From: an uncultured Acidimicrobiales bacterium | Lineage (GTDB): Bacteria; Actinomycetota; Acidimicrobiia; Acidimicrobiales; VFJN01 | Assembly: GCA_963830865.1 (NCBI GenBank) | Contig: CAWHNU010000011.1 | Coordinates: forward strand, 605,210 to 669,209 | Length of the DNA: 64,000 bases | Reading direction: 5' to 3' | Shown: positions 19,368 through 27,624 of the stretch, piece after piece | How positions within the stretch are numbered: the first letter of the stretch is position 1 | Layout: every line of letters begins with the position of its first letter | Program-made: the position numbers and the translations under genes | Notes under the pieces: generated by a model | Databases searched by the model: none | The model's input: the letters and a program-made list of their open reading frames with translations, nothing else | Told to the model about the DNA's origin: nothing

Positions 19368-19388
19368 ATATACCCCCCTAGGGTATCT
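19368..19388. promoter_or_regulatory. CsoR-type operator-like inverted repeat in front of the copper ATPase gene
   Basis: ATACCC-CCCTA-GGGTAT (core CCCTAGGG), 17 nt before ATG 19405. Same TACCC-N5-GGGTA layout as the B. subtilis copZA CsoR box, as I recall it. Confidence 0.4.
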
Positions 19389-19404
19389 AGCGGAGGTCGT
19401 CGCG

Positions 19405-21453
19405 ATGTCCCATGCGGATCACGACAAGCACGGGTCACGACAAGCACGCGGTCACGACAAGCACGCGGGTCACGACAAGCACGCGGGTCACGACAAGCAC
19501 GCGGGTCACGACCCGGAGATGTTCCGGCGCCGGTTCTGGCTGAGCCTCGCGCTGACCGTCCCGCTGGTCGTCACCAGCGAGATGGTCATGGACTGGTTCG
19601 GGTACTCGCTCGACTTCACCGGCATGGCGGCGCTCGGCCCGGTCCTCGGGTCGATCGTGTTCTGGTGGGGCGGATGGCCGTTCCTGGCCGGCGGGGTGGC
19701 CGAGCTGCGCCATCGGCAGCCCGGGATGATGCTGCTGATCTCGATGGCGATCGTGGTGGCCTACGCCGCCTCGATGGCGTCGAGCCTGGAGTGGTTCGAC
19801 CTGGACTTCTGGTGGGAGCTCTCCGCGCTCGTCACGATCATGCTGCTGGGCCACTGGCAGGAGATGAAGGCCGTCGGCCAGGCCCAGGGTGCGCTGGCGG
19901 CGCTGGCCGAGCTGCTCCCCGACGATGCCGAGCGCGTTGGTCACGACGGTCAGGTCGCGACCGTGTCGCTCACCGACCTCCGGCCCGGCGATGTCGTGCT
20001 GGTGCGGGCCGGGGCCCGGGTGCCCGCCGACGGTGCGATCGTCGAGGGCGAGGCCGATCTGGACGAGTCGATGATCACCGGCGAGTCGCGCCCCGTCCCC
20101 AAGCGCCCCGGCGACCGGGTGGTCGCGGGCACGGTGTCGACCGACTCGGCGATCCGGGTGCGGGTCGAGGCCGTGGGGGAGGACACCGCGCTGGCCGGCA
20201 TCCAGCGGCTGGTGGCCGAGGCCCAGGCGAGCAGCAGCCGGGCCCAGGACCTCGCCGACCGCTTCGCCGCCCTGCTGTTCTACGTCGCCACCGCCGCGGG
20301 CGTCGTCACCTTCGCCGTGTGGTGGGCCCTCGGCGACCTCGACAACGCCGTCGTGCGCACCGTGACCGTGCTCGTGATCGCCTGCCCCCACGCCCTCGGG
20401 CTGGCGATCCCGCTGGTGATCGCCATCTCGACGGCGGTGGCGGCGCGGGCGGGCATCCTCGTCAAGAACCGGCTGGCGCTCGAACGCATGCGCACCATCG
20501 ACGCCGTGCTGTTCGACAAGACCGGCACGCTGACCCACGGCGCCCACGTCGTCACCGGAGTGGCCGGCGCCCCCGGACACGACGAGGACGAGGTCCTGCG
20601 CCTGGCCGGCGGCGTCGAGTCGGACAGCGAGCACCCCCTCGCCCGGGCCATCGTCGCCGCCGCCCGCGCCCGCGGCCCCGTGCCGATGGCCCGTGACTTC
20701 CGGTCCCTGACCGGCCGCGGCGTCGAGGCGACCATCGACGGCGCGCCCTATGCCGTGGGCGGGCCGGCACTGCTCCGCGAGCGCGACCTCGCACCGCCGC
20801 CCGAGCTGGCCGACCGCGTCGCCGCATGGCACGCCCGGGGGGCCGCCGTGCTCTACCTGGTCCGCAAGGACGAGGTGATCGGCGCGCTCGCCCTCGAGGA
20901 CGAGATCCGCCCCGAGGCCCGCGAGGCCGTGCGGGACCTCCGGGCCGAGGGCGTCCGGGTCATGATGATCACCGGCGACGCCCGCCAGGTCGCCGAGGCC
21001 GTCGGCCGCGAGCTCGGCATCGACGAGGTCTTCGCCGAGGTCCTGCCCGAGGACAAGGACACGGCCGTCGCCGGGCTGCAGCGCCGGGGCCTCGCCGTGG
21101 CCATGGTCGGCGACGGCGTGAACGACGCCCCCGCGCTCGCCCGCGCCGACGTCGGCATCGCCATCGGCGCCGGCACCGACGTCGCCATCGAGTCGGCCGA
21201 CGTCGTCCTCGCCTCCAGCGACCCCGACGCGGTCGTCGGCGTGATCCGGCTGTCGCGGGCCAGCTACCGCAAGATGGTCGAGAACCTGGCCTGGGCCGCC
21301 GGCTACAACGTCGTCGCCATCCCGCTGGCCGCCGGCGCGTTCGCGTGGGCCGGCGTCACGCTGTCGCCCGCGGTGGGCGCCATCCTCATGAGCGCGTCGA
21401 CGATCATCGTCGCCCTCAACGCCCAGCTGCTGCGACGAGTATCGCTCTACTGA
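19405..21453 (+). CDS. copB: heavy-metal (copper) translocating P1B-type ATPase with His-rich N-terminus, CopB-like
   Basis: N-terminal (HDKHAG)n repeats. TGES, the CPH transmembrane motif, DKTGTLT, MITGD, GDGVNDAP. Confidence 0.9.
   Translation: MSHADHDKHGSRQARGHDKHAGHDKHAGHDKHAGHDPEMFRRRFWLSLALTVPLVVTSEMVMDWFGYSLDFTGMAALGPVLGSIVFWWGGWPFLAGGVAELRHRQPGMMLLISMAIVVAYAASMASSLEWFDLDFWWELSALVTIMLLGHWQEMKAVGQAQGALAALAELLPDDAERVGHDGQVATVSLTDLRPGDVVLVRAGARVPADGAIVEGEADLDESMITGESRPVPKRPGDRVVAGTVSTDSAIRVRVEAVGEDTALAGIQRLVAEAQASSSRAQDLADRFAALLFYVATAAGVVTFAVWWALGDLDNAVVRTVTVLVIACPHALGLAIPLVIAISTAVAARAGILVKNRLALERMRTIDAVLFDKTGTLTHGAHVVTGVAGAPGHDEDEVLRLAGGVESDSEHPLARAIVAAARARGPVPMARDFRSLTGRGVEATIDGAPYAVGGPALLRERDLAPPPELADRVAAWHARGAAVLYLVRKDEVIGALALEDEIRPEAREAVRDLRAEGVRVMMITGDARQVAEAVGRELGIDEVFAEVLPEDKDTAVAGLQRRGLAVAMVGDGVNDAPALARADVGIAIGAGTDVAIESADVVLASSDPDAVVGVIRLSRASYRKMVENLAWAAGYNVVAIPLAAGAFAWAGVTLSPAVGAILMSASTIIVALNAQLLRRVSLY
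19420..19512 (+). repeat. tandem 18-nt repeat (CACGACAAGCACGCGGGT) x5 encoding HDKHAG
   Basis: Units of 16, 17, 18, 18 and 18 nt plus a partial unit. The two short units together restore the frame. Confidence 0.9.
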
Positions 21454-21584
21454 AACGGTGGGACCTTCGGCCCGGGTCGGTCGCCGAGTTCGGGGACCTT
21501 CGGCACTGGGGCGACGCACCGCCCGTCCGTACCGTCGAAAGCATCCGGATCAGGCGATCCGGCACGGAACGGGAGGTGAGCAGG

Positions 21585-22226
21585 ATGAGCGTCACCGAGG
21601 TACCCGCACCCACCGTCGTGACCCACGCGGACGACGAGGTGCACCTGCGTCGGCGATCGATCGACAAGGTCCTCGTCGGCATGGGGATCGTCGCGGCGAT
21701 CGTGTTCGCCGTGGCCGGGGGGCTGCTGATGTGGGGTTCGAACTTCGCGAAGGACTACGTGCACGACGAGTTGTCGTCGCAGAAGGTGTTCTTCCCCGAC
21801 GCAGCGGCGCTGCGCGAGGAAGGGCGCAACGACCTGGTGAAGTACGCCGGCGAGCAGGTCACGACCGGCAGCGAGGCCCAGGCCTACGCCGGCTTCATCG
21901 CCGGCCACATGGAGGGCATCGCGGACGGCAAGACGTACGCCGAGATCGACGACCGGGGCGCAGCCCAGGCCGTCGAGGACGCCAAGGCGGCCGGCGCACC
22001 GCAGGCCGAGATCGACGAGCTCCAGGCCACGGCCAACCAGCTCAAGGGCCAGCGGGACTCGCTGTTCCGGGGCGAGACGCTCCGGGGCCTGCTGCTGTCC
22101 AGCTACGCCTGGGCCACGATGGGCGTGATCGCCGGCATCGCCGCCTGGGTCGCCTTCGGGGCGGCGGCCGTGATGGTCGCCCTGGTGGTCGCCGGGTTCT
22201 TCCACCTGCGGGCCATGCACGCCTGA
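21585..22226 (+). CDS. membrane protein, two TM helices, unknown function
   Basis: GGGAGG lies before ATG 21585. N-terminal TM VLVGMGIVAAIVFAVAGGLLMW and C-terminal TM IAGIAAWVAFGAAAVMVALVVAGFF. Confidence 0.7.
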   Translation: MSVTEVPAPTVVTHADDEVHLRRRSIDKVLVGMGIVAAIVFAVAGGLLMWGSNFAKDYVHDELSSQKVFFPDAAALREEGRNDLVKYAGEQVTTGSEAQAYAGFIAGHMEGIADGKTYAEIDDRGAAQAVEDAKAAGAPQAEIDELQATANQLKGQRDSLFRGETLRGLLLSSYAWATMGVIAGIAAWVAFGAAAVMVALVVAGFFHLRAMHA

Positions 22227-22270
22227 CCCCCGGGTTGCGCCCGCTCGGCGGGCCGCAGCCACGGCAAAGG

Positions 22271-22302
22271 ACGATCGCCGGGAACTCGGTCCCGGCGATC
22301 GT
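22271..22302 (+). terminator. perfect 13-bp stem hairpin downstream of the membrane protein gene
   Basis: ACGATCGCCGGGA-ACTCGG-TCCCGGCGATCGT, 45 nt after TGA 22224-22226. Confidence 0.5.
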
Positions 22303-22531
22303 TCGCGTGCCGCGTCGTGCGCAGGACCGCGGCCGCACCGAGCGACGGCGCCGCGCGCTGCCCGGTCCCGCCCACGGTCGGGCCGAACGACCCTGGTCAC
22401 CCGTCCGGGCGTGGCGGATGCTTCGCGTGGAGCCGAGCGAAGGGACGGTTGATGCAGACACTTCCGGTCCGGCCCGTACGCGCGTCGGAGCCGACCACGG
22501 TGCCGCCCTGCTGAGGTTGAGAGACCCGCGT

Positions 22532-22577
22532 TTTCTACGCGGTAGCGGTCGCCATAGCGACCACTACCGCGTAGAAA
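22532..22577. repeat. 46-nt palindromic element E1 (21-bp stem, 20/21 paired)
   Basis: TTTCTACGCGGTAGCGGTCGC-CATA-GCGACCACTACCGCGTAGAAA, preceded by GCGTTTTC. Related to E2 at 62711-62765. Confidence 0.7.
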
Positions 22578-22592
22578 TCAGGCGTTTGGCCG

Positions 22593-23024
22593 TCAGACGC
22601 CGAAGTTGACGATGCGGATCTGGGGGTCGCCCGAACCCGCCCGGAACTCCAGCCGGTAGGCGCCCCTCGGCGCCGCGTCCAGGCTTACCGTGATCTTGGC
22701 GACGTGATCGCCCGCAGCCTTCGCCTGGGCGGATCTCTTCTTGTCGATGTGGACCGTCACCGGCGTCGCCGGGCCGCCGTCCAGCGGTAGCCTCACGGCC
22801 GACACCGTGAGGTCGGGAACCACATCGCCCGCCCTGGTGACCTCGGCCGGATGGAGGAACACGTTCGTCGCCCTCCTCTTTAGCTCTAACTGCTCCAGGT
22901 ACGCCGTCTCGGCCACCGTCCGCCACAGATCGAGCAGCATCCCCCAGATCTGGTCCAGGGCGGCTGCCTGCGCGCCGATGACCGACGCGGCCGAGGGAGC
23001 GAATCCGGGCTTGTCCCCGGCCAT
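22593..23024 (-). CDS. hypothetical protein, 143 aa (helical N-terminus + beta-rich C-terminus)
   Basis: ATG overlaps the upstream TGA (TGATG). MAGDKPGFAPSAASVIGAQAAALDQIWGMLLDLWRTV...APRGAYRLEFRAGSGDPQIRIVNFGV. Confidence 0.65.
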   Translation of the reverse strand: MAGDKPGFAPSAASVIGAQAAALDQIWGMLLDLWRTVAETAYLEQLELKRRATNVFLHPAEVTRAGDVVPDLTVSAVRLPLDGGPATPVTVHIDKKRSAQAKAAGDHVAKITVSLDAAPRGAYRLEFRAGSGDPQIRIVNFGV

Positions 23025-24337
23025 CAGTGACCTTCCAGGTTGCCGAGCCGGCGTAGGATCCGTCGCCATGCGCCGAGCGTCGCTCCGGTCATCGCGACCG
23101 CACCGTCGGCCATGCCGACGAGGTCGTTGATCCACCGAGGGTCGTGCTGCGGTGCCAGTACCCGTCGCGTCACGCTCTTGGCCGTCGCGCCGTGGTTCGC
23201 GAGGGTTTTGCTCGCCAGCTTGATCCAGGCGTCGATCTCCTCCTCGATCATCGCGGTGATCGGACCGAAACCCGGCGGATCCGGCTGCGCGACGGCCGCC
23301 GACGGTTGCAGCGTCGAGGTGACGCCGGCGCCGTTCAGCGCCATGTTGATCATCATGTACACCCAGCCGCCGTCGCAGGCGAGATCCGGCAGCCGGTTGA
23401 GCCGCGGGTCCGTGAACCGGATCGCCTTCGCACCCTCGACCAGCGTTCTTTCGCCGTGGTCGCCGTACGTGTCGGTGGTGACGGCCAGGAAGCCGCTGTC
23501 GAACGTCACCTGGCCGTACGGGTCGACCGGCGACAGGTCGTAGTCCAGACGGACCAGATTCCCCTGCACCCGGTACTTAACGTCGAGACGCACCCGGAGG
23601 GTGGTCAGCGGCAGGTTGACGATCTCGTCGAAGGTCGCGTCGTAGTCGAGGGGGTTCGACGTCGGCATCGTCCGCTCGCCCACCTGCAGCACGTCGGACC
23701 AGAACGGCGCACCGTATTCCTTCCATTTCGTCGGCTCGACGAACTTTGCCATTGCATCGAACTCGTAGGTGGTCCAGAAGCGGGAGATGATGACGGCCGC
23801 ATCGCCGTCGTCGGTGCCCACCGTCTCCCCGTCGTTGCAGCCGGGCATGCTGATTAGTCGCGTCGCACCGAGCGCCTGCTCGGGTTCCTCCTCCTCCTCC
23901 TCCTCCTCCTCCTCCTCCGCGTCGAGCCCGATGGACCGGAGGAACTGGTGCCAGCGTTCCGGCGTGAGCCTGCCCGCGTCCTGCTGGTCCGCCTCCTGCT
24001 GCTGCTGATTGGCGAAGGCAATCAGCCCTTGCTCGACCACGTCCCTGTCGGTGTCATCGGTCATGATCGCGGATGCCAGAAGGGACGCGTCGGGCCGCCC
24101 CTCCGCCAGCGCCGGCTTGCGCACGAGTGCGCTCGCCACCGCGTGAAGCTTGTACACCCGCTGGACCGGGGCGTCCCGCATGTTGCTGGACATTTGCACC
24201 AGATCGAGATGGTCCACGTCGGGGAACTGGGCGAGCAGCACCGCCGGCAGGCTCAGGAGGTAGAGGTTGTGGAACGGCCGCCTCACCTCCTCGGGCGTGG
24301 GCGCGTCCGATGGGGCTTGCATGGGTGGTTCGGGCAT
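23024..24337 (-). CDS. hypothetical protein, 437 aa, with internal poly-Glu tract
   Basis: GAGGAG lies 8 nt before ATG 24337. Normal composition. GC3 about 78 percent in a sampled stretch, lower than in neighbouring genes. No family recognised. Confidence 0.7.
   Translation of the reverse strand: MPEPPMQAPSDAPTPEEVRRPFHNLYLLSLPAVLLAQFPDVDHLDLVQMSSNMRDAPVQRVYKLHAVASALVRKPALAEGRPDASLLASAIMTDDTDRDVVEQGLIAFANQQQQEADQQDAGRLTPERWHQFLRSIGLDAEEEEEEEEEEEPEQALGATRLISMPGCNDGETVGTDDGDAAVIISRFWTTYEFDAMAKFVEPTKWKEYGAPFWSDVLQVGERTMPTSNPLDYDATFDEIVNLPLTTLRVRLDVKYRVQGNLVRLDYDLSPVDPYGQVTFDSGFLAVTTDTYGDHGERTLVEGAKAIRFTDPRLNRLPDLACDGGWVYMMINMALNGAGVTSTLQPSAAVAQPDPPGFGPITAMIEEEIDAWIKLASKTLANHGATAKSVTRRVLAPQHDPRWINDLVGMADGAVAMTGATLGAWRRILRRLGNLEGH
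23885..23917 (-). repeat. (GAG)10GAA trinucleotide tract encoding 11 Glu
   Basis: CTC run on the plus strand. Lies in frame within the 437-aa ORF (residues 141-151). Confidence 0.95.
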
Positions 24338-24399
24338 CAGCCGGCTCCTCTCGGTCGGGGGTAGCCTGCGCGCGCGTGGATGTTCCCCGTGCCCGCCCG

Positions 24400-24864
24400 A
24401 TGAGCCCGTACCAGGAGCGCGTCGGGCGGCTGACGGTGCAGTGGATGACGTTGGTCAACCTGGTGGCCTACCGGCTGAGCGACGGCCGTGTTGGCGGGGC
24501 GGTGCCGGGGGGTGCGCCCATCGGGCTCGTCACGACGACCGGTCGGCGGTCGGGGCGTCCGCGCACCGTGCCGCTGCTGTGCCTCCCGGACGGCGACGAG
24601 GGCCTGGTCCTGGTCGCCTCGCGCGGCGGGATGAGCACCAACCCGGCCTGGTACGGCAACCTGCGCGCCGATCCCCGCGTGACCGTCGAGCTGGACGGCC
24701 GGCGGCGGGACATGGTGGCGCGGGACGCCTCGCCCGAGGAGCGCAAGCGGCTGTGGCCCGCGCTGACCGCCGTCTATCGGCACTTCGACGCCTACCAGCG
24801 CCGGACGGATCGTCGCATCCCGCTGGTGATCCTCCGGCCCGCCCCCGACCCCGACCCCGCCTGA
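24400..24864 (+). CDS. DDN/nitroreductase-family deazaflavin (F420H2)-dependent oxidoreductase
   Basis: LVTTTGRRSGRPRTVPLLCLPDGDEGLVLVASRGGMSTNPAWYGNLRADPRVTVE...YQRRTDRRIPLVIL. Confidence 0.85.
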   Translation: MSPYQERVGRLTVQWMTLVNLVAYRLSDGRVGGAVPGGAPIGLVTTTGRRSGRPRTVPLLCLPDGDEGLVLVASRGGMSTNPAWYGNLRADPRVTVELDGRRRDMVARDASPEERKRLWPALTAVYRHFDAYQRRTDRRIPLVILRPAPDPDPA

Positions 24865-24882
24865 TCTCCCGCCCGGCATCCG

Positions 24883-25407
24883 TCAGCCCGCCGCACCGTC
24901 GTTCTCGGGCGGCTCGTCGGCCTGGGCTGCCCTCGCCAGCAGCGTCAGTGCGGCGGTCGCGTCCCGGGCCGCCATCCCGAGCCAGTTGAACCAGTCGTCG
25001 ACCAGGTCCTCGGAGCGATACTCGCCGGCGGAGAGCTTGGTGCTGGCCGACTCCCACAGGTCGGCGTAGCGCGCCAGGCGGTCGGCCGGCTCGCCGCCGC
25101 CGGCGTCGGCGCGCCGGCGGGTGGATGCCGCCGTCGGCGGCGCCACCGGTGGCATCGTGCGTTGCACGAGCTCCAGCCACAGGTCGATGCCCTGCCCCGC
25201 CAGCGGTGTGATCTGCTCCCACGTCTCGATCGCGTCCGCGGTCATCGTGACCGCGGTCCACTCCTCGTCGCCCAGCGACCGCTCACCCCACAGCTCGGCG
25301 AGCTCGGCGTTGGCCCGGGCCGTCTCCGCTAGCAGGTCGCGCACGCGCTCGACGTAGCCGCCGAGCCAGTCGCTCTGGTCGTTGGCCCCCGCGTGTGCTG
25401 CCATCAT
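24883..25407 (-). CDS. hypothetical helical protein, 174 aa
   Basis: Good composition (WLGGYVERVRDLLAETARANAELAELWG...DDWFNWLGMAARDATAALTLL). Lies downstream of, and on the same strand as, the FAD oxidoreductase gene. Confidence 0.6.
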   Translation of the reverse strand: MMAAHAGANDQSDWLGGYVERVRDLLAETARANAELAELWGERSLGDEEWTAVTMTADAIETWEQITPLAGQGIDLWLELVQRTMPPVAPPTAASTRRRADAGGGEPADRLARYADLWESASTKLSAGEYRSEDLVDDWFNWLGMAARDATAALTLLARAAQADEPPENDGAAG

Positions 25408-25506
25408 CCGCCCCCGACGACGTCCCCCGTCATGGGCGCCGGCGACGACCTCGTGACCGGCTGATGCGTACTATACGTGACCCGAGGTGGCCTCTCCGCG
25501 GCGAAC

Positions 25507-27624
25507 CTAGCGGAGGTCGTAGGGCGTGACACGGTGGTTGCGGGCGCGGCCGACGACGGCGTTGGCGGCCTGGAGCCCAGACAGGGTCGCCGCCTCGATG
25601 CACCCGGCGTTCAGGCCGGAGTCCGTCCAGTCACCGGCCAGGAACAGGTTGTCGTACCCGCTCTCGTCCGGGCGCAAGCGATGGGCGCTGGTGCCGGGGA
25701 GCGACTGCACGTAGCGATCCGACGGATCGACGTTGGCGGTCCAGAACTGCGAGTCGAACGCCGCATCCCCGGTGCGGCCATCGCGCCCGCACAGCAGCTC
25801 CCACCGGAAGCCTCCATGATCGCGCCGCACGCCGGGCAGGAGATGGTGGAGGTCCCCCTCCAGGAAACGGACGGCGTTGTCCCGCACGCGGCGGCGGAGG
25901 CGCCGGGCGCCGGCGAGATCGGGGCGCTCCTCGCCCGGGCCGGGCGTGGGGAGCACGCTGCAGAAGTAGGCGATCGCCCGGGGCCGCTCCTCGCCCTGCC
26001 AGGGCTCGGCGTCGAGCAGGTGCGGCATCGACGCCCACGTGTCGAACGGGGTCGCGAAGGCACTGACGGTGGTTCCGGGCATCGGCCAACCCAGCGCGAG
26101 CTCGTCATCGGCGAGCCAGACCTGGAACGACTGGGTCGCCACCGTGGCGACGTTCGCGACCATCGCCCGCCACTCCGGGCGGTCCTCGACCAGGTCACGG
26201 CACACCGTGGCGGCGGCACCGACGGACAGCGCCAGCACCACGACGTCGAAGTCGCGCCCCTCGCGGAGCACCCGGCGCTCGGCATCGGGCCAGGCGCACC
26301 AGGACGACTCCAGCGGCTCGCCGGCGATGCCGTCGGCGCCGGCGAGCTGCTCGACGAGCGGCGTGGCGGGGAAGCACGGGAGCCCGCCCACGCGCACCAG
26401 CGGCTCGTAGCGGTCCGCACCCGGCCGGAGCCGGACCTGTCGGCCGAGCGAGATGGATTCGATCCGGCGGCGAGCGGGGTCGAGGTGCAGCGTGTCGATC
26501 CGGCTGAAGAACTCGAACTCGACGCCGCGCGCCCGCAGCGCCTGGTAGAGGGGCGCGAACACGACGTCGCCCATGCCGGCCGCCATCTTCCAGAAGATCG
26601 CCCCGTCGTAGTCGAGCAGCATCTTGACGGTGATGAGGATCGCCGTGCCGGCGGCGAAGGCGGGACGATCGGGGTCGCCCCGCTCGTAGGCGAGGACCAG
26701 GTCGTACATGCCCCGCAGGAAGGCGCCGTCGACGGCCTCCGGGGCGGCGCCGTGGCGCGCCATCCAGGCGAGGAAGTCCTCGCGGTCGAGGCGGCGCAGC
26801 TCCCGGGGATCGGCGAGCACGCCGTCGGCGACCAGGCCCCGGACGAGGGCGATCGACAAGGACACGTGCTGCCAGCCCCGGCGGAGGCCGGCGTCCTCGT
26901 CGACCAGCCGGCCCAACTCCCGGTGGAGGCGGTCCAGGGCGTCGACGAGCCTGTCCGCCTGCGCCGCCTCCGCCGGGCGTCCCGCGACGGACCGGAGCAG
27001 GCGCACGGCTTCCAGCAGCACGGCCGGCATGAGCACCCGGGCGCCGGCCACGAGCGTGTCGGCCCGCGCGGCGGGAGGACTCGCCGCGGCGCTCACGACG
27101 ACGTCCGGGCCCGGCAGGTGGTCCGGCGGCCCCGGCAGGGCGTCGACGAAGTCGAGGATCATCCGCAGAGCCCGCCGGACGTACTCGACCAGCGTCGGTT
27201 GGATCCGGGTGCCGAGTGGCGCGCCCGGCTCCCGATCGTTGGTCGAGAAGGCCGCCAGCCAGTGCTCCCAGCCGTCGCCGTGGCGGTCCTCGATGCCGAT
27301 GTGGTCGGTCGGCCACAGCGCCTCGCGCCAGGTGCTGATCGGCGCGTCCGGGTCGGTCGTGAGGCGGTCGAGCTCGTCGTAGCACTCGCGCAGCAGCCGG
27401 AAGCTGTTGTCGTAGAAGCCCAGCCACAGGTGCAGGCCATGCTCCTCGATCCTGCCGTGCCGGCCGCGGCTGCTCGCCCCCTTGCCGCCGAGGCGCCAGC
27501 CTCGCTGATGGACCGTGATGCTCGCGAACCGCTCGCGCCACCCCGGCTCGCTGAGGCGCCACGCCGCGGCCATGCCGGCCATGCCTCCGCCGAGGATGGC
27601 GACGCGCGGCTTGTCGGCGATCAC
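25507..27624 (-). CDS. FAD/NAD(P)-binding oxidoreductase (amine oxidase/desaturase-like, COG3349-like)
   Basis: Rossmann motif VAILGGGMAGMAAAWRL. C-terminal NLFLAGDWT. 705 aa, uninterrupted. Confidence 0.85.
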   Translation of the reverse strand: MIADKPRVAILGGGMAGMAAAWRLSEPGWRERFASITVHQRGWRLGGKGASSRGRHGRIEEHGLHLWLGFYDNSFRLLRECYDELDRLTTDPDAPISTWREALWPTDHIGIEDRHGDGWEHWLAAFSTNDREPGAPLGTRIQPTLVEYVRRALRMILDFVDALPGPPDHLPGPDVVVSAAASPPAARADTLVAGARVLMPAVLLEAVRLLRSVAGRPAEAAQADRLVDALDRLHRELGRLVDEDAGLRRGWQHVSLSIALVRGLVADGVLADPRELRRLDREDFLAWMARHGAAPEAVDGAFLRGMYDLVLAYERGDPDRPAFAAGTAILITVKMLLDYDGAIFWKMAAGMGDVVFAPLYQALRARGVEFEFFSRIDTLHLDPARRRIESISLGRQVRLRPGADRYEPLVRVGGLPCFPATPLVEQLAGADGIAGEPLESSWCAWPDAERRVLREGRDFDVVVLALSVGAAATVCRDLVEDRPEWRAMVANVATVATQSFQVWLADDELALGWPMPGTTVSAFATPFDTWASMPHLLDAEPWQGEERPRAIAYFCSVLPTPGPGEERPDLAGARRLRRRVRDNAVRFLEGDLHHLLPGVRRDHGGFRWELLCGRDGRTGDAAFDSQFWTANVDPSDRYVQSLPGTSAHRLRPDESGYDNLFLAGDWTDSGLNAGCIEAATLSGLQAANAVVGRARNHRVTPYDLR

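Noticed and set aside
19420-19512. Short direct repeats here, and the 27-bp repeats at 59949-60029, as possible CRISPR arrays.
   Set aside because: The repeats are contiguous with no spacers, lie inside ORFs and encode peptide repeats. No cas genes are present.
22486-22531. A TPP-riboswitch-like string (GGTGCC...GCTGAG...GAGACCC).
   Set aside because: Only the first two short blocks resemble the THI element. The ACCUGAUCUGGAUAAUGCCAGCG part is absent. No thiamine-related gene lies downstream, and the region lies between convergent genes.
25507-25520. A 14-nt exact match, CTAGCGGAGGTCGT, shared with 19387-19400 (upstream of copB).
   Set aside because: At 19387 it provides the SD region of copB. 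At 25507 it is the stop codon plus 3' coding end of a minus-strand gene. There is no extended similarity on either side, so it is most likely chance.
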